Of a DNA stretch of 64,000 nucleotides, positions 56,180 through 64,000 are shown piece after piece. The notes beneath the pieces were generated by a model. That model had not been told where the DNA came from, ran no database searches, and was given only the letters and a program-made list of their open reading frames with translations. Numbering within the stretch: the first letter of the stretch is position 1; every line of letters begins with the position of its first letter. Origin of the DNA: a virus; the UHGV virus genome UHGV-1378817; one strand, given 5' to 3'. The position numbers were made by a program, and so were the translations under genes.

Positions 56180-56302
56180 CAATTAAAAGTTTAAGAAAAA
56201 TTTTGCGACACCGTTGGCGCTACCCATCAACATTTGCGCCAGGATGTACCCAATGATGCAAACGATGATGGTTACCTTTGTGTGCTGGCGTGTAGTACTC
56301 AT
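56180..56302 (-). CDS. small hydrophobic membrane peptide (~40 aa)
   Basis: Manual translation MSTTRQHTKVTIIVCIIGYILAQMLMGSANGVAKFFLNF; G-rich RBS; downstream of palindromic promoter copy 3; below the ORF-track cutoff. Confidence 0.35.
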
Positions 56303-56334
56303 CTTTAAGCCCCCTTTTCCGCTCAACTGTGGTT

Positions 56335-56380
56335 AGTTTACTTTATTGATGGCCCTGGTGTCAAGGCCATCTAAAAATAA
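56335..56380 (-). promoter_or_regulatory. conserved palindrome-embedded promoter element, copy 3
   Basis: AGTTTACTTTATTGATGGCCCTGGTGTCAAGGCCATCTAAAAATAA; differs from the other copies mainly in the 3-nt palindrome centre. Confidence 0.55.
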
Positions 56381-56382
56381 GC

Positions 56383-56787
56383 TTAATAAGTTTTCAGTAC
56401 TTTCCCGTCCAATCTGTCAAGCTGGATCTCGATAGCTGCAGAAAACCTATTGTAAACCACATCACCCATAGAATCCAACCAGTCTATGACATTATACACT
56501 TGCTCTTTGTTCTTGCAGGTCCGGATCCGTTTCATGATGTAAGCCGGATCAATATTGGTACTCTCGTTGGTGTTCCCCTGTACCTTGTTTGCCGTATTAG
56601 TTACATCTTTAATGGCCTTTACCACCACCTGGAATGGCTTTAAGGTGCCTTTTGCGTTCATCTCACGCGCTTTTGCGGCGCGGTTGTTATATGTTACACA
56701 ACGGCGGCAAATGTTGATCAAATGCATGTCAATAATTTTTTCATCGTTTGCCAACTCGTTCATGATGCGGCGTACGTTCTTATTCAT
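56383..56787 (-). CDS. hypothetical protein
   Basis: 134-aa ORF; minus-strand TTGACA promoter, GC hairpin and RBS upstream. Confidence 0.45.
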   Translation of the reverse strand: MNKNVRRIMNELANDEKIIDMHLINICRRCVTYNNRAAKAREMNAKGTLKPFQVVVKAIKDVTNTANKVQGNTNESTNIDPAYIMKRIRTCKNKEQVYNVIDWLDSMGDVVYNRFSAAIEIQLDRLDGKVLKTY

Positions 56788-56869
56788 GATCTTTTTCCTT
56801 TGTGCTGGCGGGAAACATTCCCGCCTTTTGTGTCTAGTTTATTTAAATTTTGCAGCGTGTCAATGATTT

Positions 56870-57268
56870 TTATTCGTGGGCGCATGTTACAATGTGCTTT
56901 TTATAGCCCAGGTGGTCAGCAAGTGCCGACAAAAACTCTTCTTCGTAGATCCAGCCGTCGGCAGTGATCCCCATAGCATTTAATGCGCTCTCAAGTGCTG
57001 CGTTAGCTTTATCGTAACCGTGACCGCTCGCCTTGCCGCCAGTATAACCGTACTTATTGTTCTTGTTGTCGTGAATCCAAAACACGCAGTAGTGAGTGTT
57101 ACCACTGGCGGCGGCATAATACCGGATCTCAGCTACTTCGTGCAAATTATTGTCATCGTCCAGGCCCACCAGATTATAAGCCTTGTAAAATCCACGATCA
57201 CGGCGGCAGTTCTTGACATCAGAAAAAGAAAAGTCCGCATTATCAAAATTAAAGGTAGTGGTTTTCAT
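56870..57268 (-). CDS. hypothetical protein
   Basis: 132-aa ORF. Confidence 0.45.
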   Translation of the reverse strand: MKTTTFNFDNADFSFSDVKNCRRDRGFYKAYNLVGLDDDNNLHEVAEIRYYAAASGNTHYCVFWIHDNKNNKYGYTGGKASGHGYDKANAALESALNAMGITADGWIYEEEFLSALADHLGYKKHIVTCAHE

Positions 57269-57332
57269 GATTTTATCCTCTTAGTGTCTTTTGTGCTTTT
57301 AGTGTATTTGGTGTCGGACTATATGTCAATAC

Positions 57333-57530
57333 TTATTTTTTATTAAACCAGTGGTTGATCTGTCCTTTTGTCAGGGCGCAACGATTAAGCTGTTGCCGGG
57401 TATAGCTCTGACCGCGACGGAATTTATAAAGGCCTTGCCCGTTGTTGATGGTTACGTCCACCTGGCAAACCATTTGATCGGTGACCACCTGGCGAGTGTT
57501 GCGACGTACTTTGATCCCGTATGCGTTCAT
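57333..57530 (-). CDS. small basic protein
   Basis: ORF 57333-57608 trimmed to Met MNAYGIKVRRNTRQ with AGAGGA RBS; minus-strand TTGACA-16-TATTAT promoter near 57590-57620. Confidence 0.4.
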   Translation of the reverse strand: MNAYGIKVRRNTRQVVTDQMVCQVDVTINNGQGLYKFRRGQSYTRQQLNRCALTKGQINHWFNKK

Positions 57531-57611
57531 AAATTTATCCTCTTTACTGGTTAGTGCGGTGTTGTTCACCTTGTAGGGTAATAATACCATGATTAACCTT
57601 GTTGTCAACGA

Positions 57612-57752
57612 TTATTTTAAATTATTTTTATGATAGAATCCACCTGCCGCCCCCGCCAGGTTAACCACCATTTTTTCGTACTCTTCTTTATGTTCTCGCG
57701 CTTCTGTATCATTAATCACTACATTTCCCAGGTGAGTAGCATTACCTTTCAT
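57612..57752 (-). CDS. hypothetical small protein (~46 aa)
   Basis: Manual translation MKGNATHLGNVVINDTEAREHKEEYEKMVVNLAGAAGGFYHKNNLK with GGAGGT RBS. Confidence 0.3.
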   Translation of the reverse strand: MKGNATHLGNVVINDTEAREHKEEYEKMVVNLAGAAGGFYHKNNLK

Positions 57753-58766
57753 TTTTGTACCTCCTCTTCAATTGTTTTCCCTACAGCATGGGCCTACCAG
57801 GTTTGCAAGATTTCACCCTCTCCCACCTGGTCAGTTAGGTCCTGCCAGGCTGGCCCCGCCAGGTTGCAACGGTTAGCGCATCAGGTTAGAAAAATTTTTT
57901 GAAAAGGTGTTGACAGCGGCCCCGCCAGGTGGCACAATATACCTATCGAAAGGACGGCAGGCACCGGTGACGGGGGAGACAACCACCGGGGATGGGCGCT
58001 GCATAAAATGAGAACGGTTATCATTATCATTTAAAAATTTATGCAAAAAATCCTTGCCTTCTTTGTCCTGTGTGATACTATAATAACAAGCCGGGGCAAC
58101 AGGGGCCGGGAGACAATCACCGGGCCTGCCCGTTATTCTGCAAACGAGAATGATTATCATTCAAAATTCTAAATGAGAACTCCTCGCATTTAATAAATTT
58201 AATTAGCACGCTAATTACCCTCCGTAACAATTTCCTATAAAATAGTATCCACTAAAATATTCCCATATAGAAATTTTAAAAATCCATTTCTGAAAACGAA
58301 AAATCGATTTCGTCCCCAAAAATTTCAGGTCGAGAGCTGGAACGATTTCCAGAAAATCCGATTCAGAAAACGAAAAACAGATCGAGTACTGAGAAATTTA
58401 TCGAGAAAAATTTTCAGAAAATTCAATCTTTGAAACGAAAAACAGATCGAGTACTTGGAAAGCTGTACCGCAACTTCAAGATAGTGGCTGGATTATTGCC
58501 ATAAAAGGCCAAGGGCGAGTGGGAAAGTTCTGGTAGAAGGGTGTGAGCATACGCGGAAAATCTGGAATGGTAGCCCGGAATATGACGCAAACGATAGGAT
58601 GAGTGGTTCAGCTCATCGTGTCTACCCTGAAAAATCCATTTTAGTTTTCGATCCGTTTTCTGATTTTCTAAGAATTTTAAAATATCTGGCCTGGTGAAAT
58701 ATCAAAAAGGAGGAAATCCATTTTAGAAATCCCCCTTATACTTGATATGCCAGAAATTTTCAAGTA
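57753..58766. repeat. 1-kb ORF-free, repeat-rich intergenic region
   Basis: No credible ORF; GCCCCGCCAGGT(T/G) repeats, two tandem paralogous units, 68-bp-spaced direct repeats, AAATCCATTT motifs; itemised in findings. Confidence 0.55.
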
Positions 58767-59096
58767 TCAGCTATCTTTGTTTTTAGGTTTATACATGCGG
58801 AGAGGTATAGTCTTTGTAACATTCCACTTCCTCAACCCTTCCCAGCTCCAATTGTGGGCGTGGTATCCGGTTATGCATGCACTGCTAGAGTGATCGTAAG
58901 CATAAGAGAACGCTAAGCGCACCAGGTGAGGCCAGTCCTTCCACGGTTGTGGCCCGTAAGCTTTTCTCCAACACCGACACAAACTAAATGTCTCAAGGAT
59001 AGGAAGGATAACAAACCCATACACTGTAACCAAAATAGTCAGTGCAATGATTGTCAGGAACACATACCCTGCAGTTGAAATGATGATCTCTGTCAT
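58767..59096 (-). CDS. membrane protein
   Basis: N-terminal hydrophobic segments (IISTAGYVFLTIIALTILVTVYGFVILPIL). Confidence 0.4.
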   Translation of the reverse strand: MTEIIISTAGYVFLTIIALTILVTVYGFVILPILETFSLCRCWRKAYGPQPWKDWPHLVRLAFSYAYDHSSSACITGYHAHNWSWEGLRKWNVTKTIPLRMYKPKNKDS

Positions 59097-59356
59097 TTGT
59101 CGTCCCCTTTCTTACGGATATAAATGTGAGAACCTGCCTGTATATAAATTTCTCGACCATCTTCTGCAAAGATGTGGAATACACGATCACCTTCGTACTC
59201 GATACGAGATATCTTCATAATTGTCTTTCCGCCTGGGATGCGGATCTCGTCTCCCACAGCGATGTTCCATGCAGATTTAAGCTTAAACATCCGCACCCTC
59301 CTTTGGGAACTCGAATTCTGGCATAGCCATATACGCCACAACAGGGTTGTAATCAA
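59093..59356 (-). CDS. hypothetical protein
   Basis: 87-aa ORF coupled to the downstream gene. Confidence 0.4.
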   Translation of the reverse strand: MITTLLWRIWLCQNSSSQRRVRMFKLKSAWNIAVGDEIRIPGGKTIMKISRIEYEGDRVFHIFAEDGREIYIQAGSHIYIRKKGDDK

Positions 59357-59528
59357 AGTAGAAATGACCGTTAATTATCCCAGTTTTGTGCACATGGTCA
59401 CCAGATCCTGCAAGAACAATCTCGCAAGCTCCGAAATCTACCTTACCATTCTCATCTGCCATGGCTACAATATACTTTCCTAGAGGCATGTTTTCAACGC
59501 CGTCTACAAATGTCCACCCTTTGTTCAT
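59283..59528 (-). CDS. hypothetical protein
   Basis: 81-aa ORF. Confidence 0.4.
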   Translation of the reverse strand: MNKGWTFVDGVENMPLGKYIVAMADENGKVDFGACEIVLAGSGDHVHKTGIINGHFYFDYNPVVAYMAMPEFEFPKEGADV

Positions 59529-59548
59529 ACTTTATCTCCTGCACTTTC

Positions 59549-59884
59549 TTAAGGTAACCAGTAAACAATCTCGCCTTTCAGCTTCATGTCATTTCCAACA
59601 TAAATTTGCCAGCCATCCATCGTTTTGGCAACTGCAGGCCCAAAGTCATCCGCACCCCTTACCTCTTTCCAGGTCCCGTAGTCAGGTTGCCAGATATAAA
59701 ATCCACCTTCTTTGTCCCATGCTCCATACACCACGTTTGACAGGTTTCCCATTGCAACAATAGTGGGCCGTGGGAATAATGCATCTACAGATGCGCCACA
59801 ATATCGGGTATCTTTTAAATTGCAATCCCAAAAGATGTCTGCCAGTGTGGCGGCGATAGCTTTACGTCTTTCCAATGTTACCAT
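59549..59884 (-). CDS. hypothetical protein
   Basis: 111-aa ORF. Confidence 0.4.
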   Translation of the reverse strand: MVTLERRKAIAATLADIFWDCNLKDTRYCGASVDALFPRPTIVAMGNLSNVVYGAWDKEGGFYIWQPDYGTWKEVRGADDFGPAVAKTMDGWQIYVGNDMKLKGEIVYWLP

Positions 59885-59891
59885 ATCATAC

Positions 59892-60083
59892 TCACTTGTT
59901 GTTAAGAAGTTCTAAAACTTTCTGTCTTACTTTGTCAAGGTCTGTGGATTCAAAAACTGTACGGTATCCCCAACTTTGCCCATAGGAGTGACTGCAATCC
60001 CCGTAGCACCATTGCTCAATTTGATAGTATTCAAGGAACGGGTGCTGTCTAACTATGATACCATCTCGGTTAAAAATTACCAT
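59892..60083 (-). CDS. hypothetical protein
   Basis: 63-aa ORF. Confidence 0.35.
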   Translation of the reverse strand: MVIFNRDGIIVRQHPFLEYYQIEQWCYGDCSHSYGQSWGYRTVFESTDLDKVRQKVLELLNNK

Positions 60084-60146
60084 AATACATCGCTCTCTGT
60101 TAGTTTATGCGTATATTATACACTGCAGTTTTCAGATGTCAACCTC

Positions 60147-60398
60147 TTACAGATTGCTCCAGTACAATCGGCATTTACATTTTGGGCAATGAGGTTCTTT
60201 TATATAATAACCATCAGTCTTTGGAACACTTTTTGGTGCAGTTTTAAGATTGTACCTGGTAAAACATCGGAAGCAGGTTACCTCTCCCACCTGTTGATCG
60301 TTGATCCACTCACCAGAGTAAAGTTCTTTCTTGTTTCTCATAATTCTCTCCCAAATCATCTGCAATCTTATACCAAAATCTCCAGCCAGAAAGCACAC
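60147..60398 (-). CDS. small zinc-ribbon protein
   Basis: CFRC...CPKCKC Cys pairs. Confidence 0.35.
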   Translation of the reverse strand: MCFLAGDFGIRLQMIWERIMRNKKELYSGEWINDQQVGEVTCFRCFTRYNLKTAPKSVPKTDGYYIKEPHCPKCKCRLYWSNL

Positions 60399-60592
60399 GG
60401 GAACACTTTGAGGATTGAATCTTTACTTGGCTCGGAAGTTCTTTTTCCGTATGGTAGGTAGAAATACCCTCCTGCAGATTCGAATATAGCTCCTTCGGTT
60501 GTATCTACCACAGCAAGAATTAAGATTTTAGTCTCCACAGTGCTCTCCTCTCTTAGTTGTTGTGGAAACTATATCACCTCAGAAGATGGTCG

Positions 60593-61090
60593 TCAACACT
60601 TTTTGTACTCTACTACAACCACATCAATATCTGTGGTTGCAAGATTAATTACATCTTCTACATGTTTCCACTTTAGACCTCCAATACCGCATCCGATTTT
60701 AGGAATGTAGAACGGCAATGACATACCTTTGAATACCTCGTTGACTCGCTCAAAACCTTTCATGATTGAGAAGTATTCAGCATTGGGCCCTGGGTAGAAC
60801 TGGGTATATAGGTTGATTCCATATACGACCCTGGCCTTGGCAAAATGCTCCCAACAAGAAAACATACCCAGCTTGTCTAGATTACCATAAGCAGTCTCTT
60901 TGTCGGCTGCCAGTGCTTGAGGGAACTCACGGGCAATATCTTTCGCTATACCTGCACCCATTGTGTGAAAGCAGTTACAACCGTGGATCATGTGGCCTGA
61001 CCCTTTCTTGAAAATGGAGATTAGATCTCCCTTTACAGTATCAATAATCACGGTATTCCAGCTCCTCTTCTGCAATTTCCAAAAACTCAT
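60593..61090 (-). CDS. macro-domain protein (ADP-ribose binding/processing)
   Basis: VIIDTVKGDLISIF...HGCNCFHTMGAGIAKDI fits the macro-domain N-terminal pattern. Start uncertain: the longest ORF reaches 61150 and overlaps the upstream gene by about 110 nt; Met at 61090 still overlaps by about 50 nt. Confidence 0.45.
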   Translation of the reverse strand: MSFWKLQKRSWNTVIIDTVKGDLISIFKKGSGHMIHGCNCFHTMGAGIAKDIAREFPQALAADKETAYGNLDKLGMFSCWEHFAKARVVYGINLYTQFYPGPNAEYFSIMKGFERVNEVFKGMSLPFYIPKIGCGIGGLKWKHVEDVINLATTDIDVVVVEYKKC

Positions 61091-61466
61091 CCCAACCCTG
61101 TGGCATATTTGAGTTGCCGAAGTGGCTTTCGTAGTAGAGATTTTTACCACTTGGAAGGTAGAAATCTGTTACCTCATAGAATCCACAATCGTCGCACTCA
61201 CCTTCTTCAAACTTGGCCTCGACCTTAATACCGAGGAAGGTGAAAAGTTTATGGATATCTTCAGTTTCGAACTCCCAGTGAATGTTGTTTTCCGCATCGG
61301 TGTAGAACTGGATCAGCAGACCATTGTCCAGTTTACCAAAATACTCTGTGAAGTAACTTCCTTCCCAGAAATCTTTATGACAAATAATATCCATACGTTT
61401 GCCCATAATAATGGTGTGAGCGTTTTGGGCATCATCACGAATCAGTTTTGGCATTTCATAGATCAT
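61041..61466 (-). CDS. hypothetical acidic protein
   Basis: 141-aa ORF; CDDCG motif. Confidence 0.4.
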   Translation of the reverse strand: MIYEMPKLIRDDAQNAHTIIMGKRMDIICHKDFWEGSYFTEYFGKLDNGLLIQFYTDAENNIHWEFETEDIHKLFTFLGIKVEAKFEEGECDDCGFYEVTDFYLPSGKNLYYESHFGNSNMPQGWDEFLEIAEEELEYRDY

Positions 61467-61534
61467 CTTAGTTCTCCGGGTTCAACAGGTGGTGGTGCTA
61501 CAGGAAGATCATAAAACATGGCTATCACAGTCTC

Positions 61535-61732
61535 TTACACAGGAATTGCTTCAAATAGACCGTTATCTATACCGTCCTTCAGATAGAGATTATATTCTAT
61601 GTCGGTATCTGTATAAAGGGCAGCATCCAGCATTCTATCTGTGAGTCCATCCATCGGGTGGAGAAACCACCACCCACGCCAGTCAAAGTAACAGCCTGGT
61701 GCATCTTCTCTTACACGGATTCGATAAATCAT
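61535..61732 (-). CDS. hypothetical protein
   Basis: 65-aa ORF. Confidence 0.35.
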   Translation of the reverse strand: MIYRIRVREDAPGCYFDWRGWWFLHPMDGLTDRMLDAALYTDTDIEYNLYLKDGIDNGLFEAIPV

Positions 61733-61828
61733 GGGCAGTGGCCTCCTGTTAGTTATACATCCCAGTTTTCTTCGTTCATCACGTCCTCCCGTTCTATGAA
61801 GTTATAATTGCACACCTTTCAACCTGTG

Positions 61829-62245
61829 TCAACAGAAAACTTCAACAAATTCTTCCACAGTTTTAATGTCGTGGGAAAAAGGTTTACGGCTATAACGGGC
61901 AATAGCACTGTCAACCACAGCGCGATACTCTAAATCTTCAGAATATTTCATGAAGCATTGCAGCGTCTCTGGGCAGATAGCTAAATAGCTCCACCACCCC
62001 TCTTCAGATTGGTAGTCGAATCCCATACTCTCCAACCATGAAGCATATACGCCTGCACCCTCAAGCCAGTGAGTATTTTCATCCAGAAACTTGTTAATAG
62101 ACATGTGAGCTTCTAAGCATTTATCCAGCTCTTTTCCGTTAACCAGCCACGCACTGACCGTGGCGCATCCAAAGTCTACAGATTGAGTTGACAGGTTGTA
62201 TTGGTCATAGTTCTCAGGTTTAACAATGATATCTTCTAATGTCAT
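61829..62245 (-). CDS. hypothetical protein
   Basis: 138-aa ORF. Confidence 0.4.
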   Translation of the reverse strand: MTLEDIIVKPENYDQYNLSTQSVDFGCATVSAWLVNGKELDKCLEAHMSINKFLDENTHWLEGAGVYASWLESMGFDYQSEEGWWSYLAICPETLQCFMKYSEDLEYRAVVDSAIARYSRKPFSHDIKTVEEFVEVFC

Positions 62246-62307
62246 TTTTCAGATCTCCTTATACAAAAATGCCCCACCCTTTCGGGCAGGGCTATGTTAA
62301 CTAATTG

Positions 62308-63534
62308 TTAAAAAGGGATGTCATCATCAAAGGCGTACTGTGCTGGATTCTGATCCATTGGGTCATCTTCCTCATCATTTACAGGAGGAGCGTCTACAGT
62401 GTTTTGCTGTGGAGCTGCTTCCTGTTTGGCAGCCTGAGGTTCTTGATGGTCAGTTGACCCAGCACCGTTCTTGATCCAATCGTACAACGGCTCAGCCAGA
62501 TTAGTCAAGACATCTTTTGCTTCTGCAGTAATTGCCGCTGCAAAATCATCAACTTTCGTTTTCTTGTCAATACGGCGACAAGCGTTCAACACCGCATTAC
62601 CGACACTGGCACCTACTTCATCCTCAGTTCGGTTGGTGGCTTGAGCATACTCTTTCTTAAGCTCAATGGTGACTACGTGCAGTGTTTTAGCCACGCTTAG
62701 TGGGTCGTCCACCTTAAACCCGCGATCTAGGATGATTTGCAACGCATTGATGCTATGTCCCGTCTCCACACCAATAGGGTCGTAAGAGGATTTACGCTTG
62801 CCACCAGAGCCTTGGGTGCCGTTCTCTGCCTTAGGTGGATAGGCTTTGAAACCACTGATAATGTTTCCGGTGTCTTTGTCAACAATGGCTGCAACACGAC
62901 CACCTACCACCAGGTCTTTAAGCTGCTCATCAGTGACAACCATGGCACCTTCGCCAATCTTGTGGTCATTAACAGTAACCACGTTGCCAACAATCTGAGT
63001 CACATCGCCATAGATGCGTAAAACGTCCTGATTGGCATTCTGCTGAGGTTTCTGCTTCTGGCCTTGTGATTGTGCACCTTGTTGCTGTTTTTGCTGCTGA
63101 GTCGCTGCTGGAGCCTCTCCTGCACCCAGCTTGACCATCTTAGCTAGTGAGCCTTTGTAATAGGTCTTACCGTTATGCTCGTTTGCCTTCAAAGGGATAT
63201 TTACGATCCATCCCGGCGTTACGGTTTCCCACTTGTCATCAATTTTAACAGAGACAGAGTCTTGATGACCAGGTTTAAGCAGCTTATCACCCATACTGAT
63301 CCAAACTTCTTCACCACCTTGAAGCAGGTTATCAGAGGAATCCAGTTCAGAAATCAGTAAAGAGATGGTGTGGCTGGATTCAATTTTCTTACCTTGCCAC
63401 ACAGTGGTTTTAATACCTGTTGTAGGATCAGCACCTTTGATAGGTTTGATGCTGACACGTTTAATCATGCCGTGAGCCAGTAAAACAGTTTCACGCGGAT
63501 TCATCGGGTTAGCGAATTGTTGAATAACGCTCAT
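62308..63534 (-). CDS. single-stranded DNA-binding protein-like
   Basis: 408 aa ending in DDDIPF, the canonical acidic SSB C-terminal tip; Gln/Gly-rich low-complexity linker before the tail. Confidence 0.5.
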   Translation of the reverse strand: MSVIQQFANPMNPRETVLLAHGMIKRVSIKPIKGADPTTGIKTTVWQGKKIESSHTISLLISELDSSDNLLQGGEEVWISMGDKLLKPGHQDSVSVKIDDKWETVTPGWIVNIPLKANEHNGKTYYKGSLAKMVKLGAGEAPAATQQQKQQQGAQSQGQKQKPQQNANQDVLRIYGDVTQIVGNVVTVNDHKIGEGAMVVTDEQLKDLVVGGRVAAIVDKDTGNIISGFKAYPPKAENGTQGSGGKRKSSYDPIGVETGHSINALQIILDRGFKVDDPLSVAKTLHVVTIELKKEYAQATNRTEDEVGASVGNAVLNACRRIDKKTKVDDFAAAITAEAKDVLTNLAEPLYDWIKNGAGSTDHQEPQAAKQEAAPQQNTVDAPPVNDEEDDPMDQNPAQYAFDDDIPF

Positions 63535-63899
63535 TATTTGTCTCCTTGTTCTTCGTTAGTGTTTGCTGTGTGTGCAAACCCTGCTTGAATTAATTTGTCC
63601 TGAACTTGAGCCAACAGGCCCATTGCAAAACTTGTAGTCCCAGAGAGGGCCATTAGCATATCTCGTTGTTGAGCTACCCAACCTAAGGCATAGTCCAAAC
63701 GACGATATTTTTCTTCTTCACGCAGAGCCTGAAATAATTGTTCAGCCTCCGGTTGTTGTGTGAGCTCCTGAAGTCTTCCCATGAAAGAAGAAAGCACTAG
63801 CAAAAGAGACACTTGATCTTTACTTAACCCTAAGAAAAATTCTTGAGGTTGTTCTTGCTCGTTCATCGCAACCGACGCTTGATCGTTCATTTGTTCCAT
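63534..63899 (-). CDS. hypothetical protein
   Basis: 121-aa ORF whose stop overlaps the SSB-like gene start. Confidence 0.4.
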   Translation of the reverse strand: MEQMNDQASVAMNEQEQPQEFFLGLSKDQVSLLLVLSSFMGRLQELTQQPEAEQLFQALREEEKYRRLDYALGWVAQQRDMLMALSGTTSFAMGLLAQVQDKLIQAGFAHTANTNEEQGDK

Positions 63900-64000
63900 T
63901 ATGGAATCTCCGATTTTATTTGAACAACATAGAAGGAGACACTATTTTAGCATCCCTTCTGTAAATTACAATAGATATTTGTTAGCCAATCACTTCAAAA

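Noticed and set aside
57630-58160. ORFs 57630-57902 (plus) and 57873-58160 (minus)
   Set aside because: Both are low-complexity translations across GC-rich repeats and promoter-like sequence in the ORF-free island; a shorter minus-strand ORF with a proper RBS (57612-57752) explains the left edge better.
58280-58460. Possible CRISPR array from the 68-bp-spaced direct repeats
   Set aside because: Only two good copies plus one degenerate copy, AT-rich repeat units, no regular repeat-spacer structure and no cas genes nearby.
1-64000. Assigning the window to a specific named phage such as T5
   Set aside because: The gene content has a general T5-like flavour (tRNA cluster, early nucleotide-metabolism block, strong promoters), but the gene order (terminase and spanins next to the tRNAs, ThyX) does not obviously match what I recall of T5, and I cannot run a similarity search.

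Overview
This window reads as a contiguous piece of a large virulent tailed dsDNA phage genome, about 40% GC, with enterobacterial-style sigma70 promoters (TTGACA-17-TATAAT) and Shine-Dalgarno sites. I could not assign it to a named phage; everything below comes from reading motifs by eye, with no database search. Layout: (1) 1-7241, minus strand: terminase large subunit (runs off the window start), a spanin pair, seven tRNA genes, small ORFs, a P-loop polynucleotide kinase and a metallophosphoesterase. (2) 7342-45317, plus strand: a long early-type block with RNA ligase, Sir2-like protein, DNA ligase, endolysin, HNH endonuclease, three DNA methyltransferases, flap nuclease, resolvase-like nucleases, 3'-5' exonuclease, dNMP kinase, ThyX, aerobic and anaerobic ribonucleotide reductase operons, PhoH, a ClpP-like protease, then a long array of small translationally coupled ORFs that includes a paralogous family and an HPF-like ribosome hibernation factor. 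(3) 45320-47760: a 2.4 kb ORF-free, repeat-rich region between the convergent blocks. (4) 47763-63899, minus strand: many small genes each with its own promoter, a macro-domain protein and an SSB-like protein, interrupted by a second ORF-free repeat region at about 57753-58766. The strongest candidates for an undescribed system are the split kinase/phosphoesterase/ligase RNA-repair set next to the tRNA array, the two repeat-rich noncoding regions, a palindrome-embedded promoter present in three near-identical copies, and the small acidic protein family. Hand-derived coordinates (tRNAs, small ORFs, promoters, repeats) may be off by 1-3 nt.
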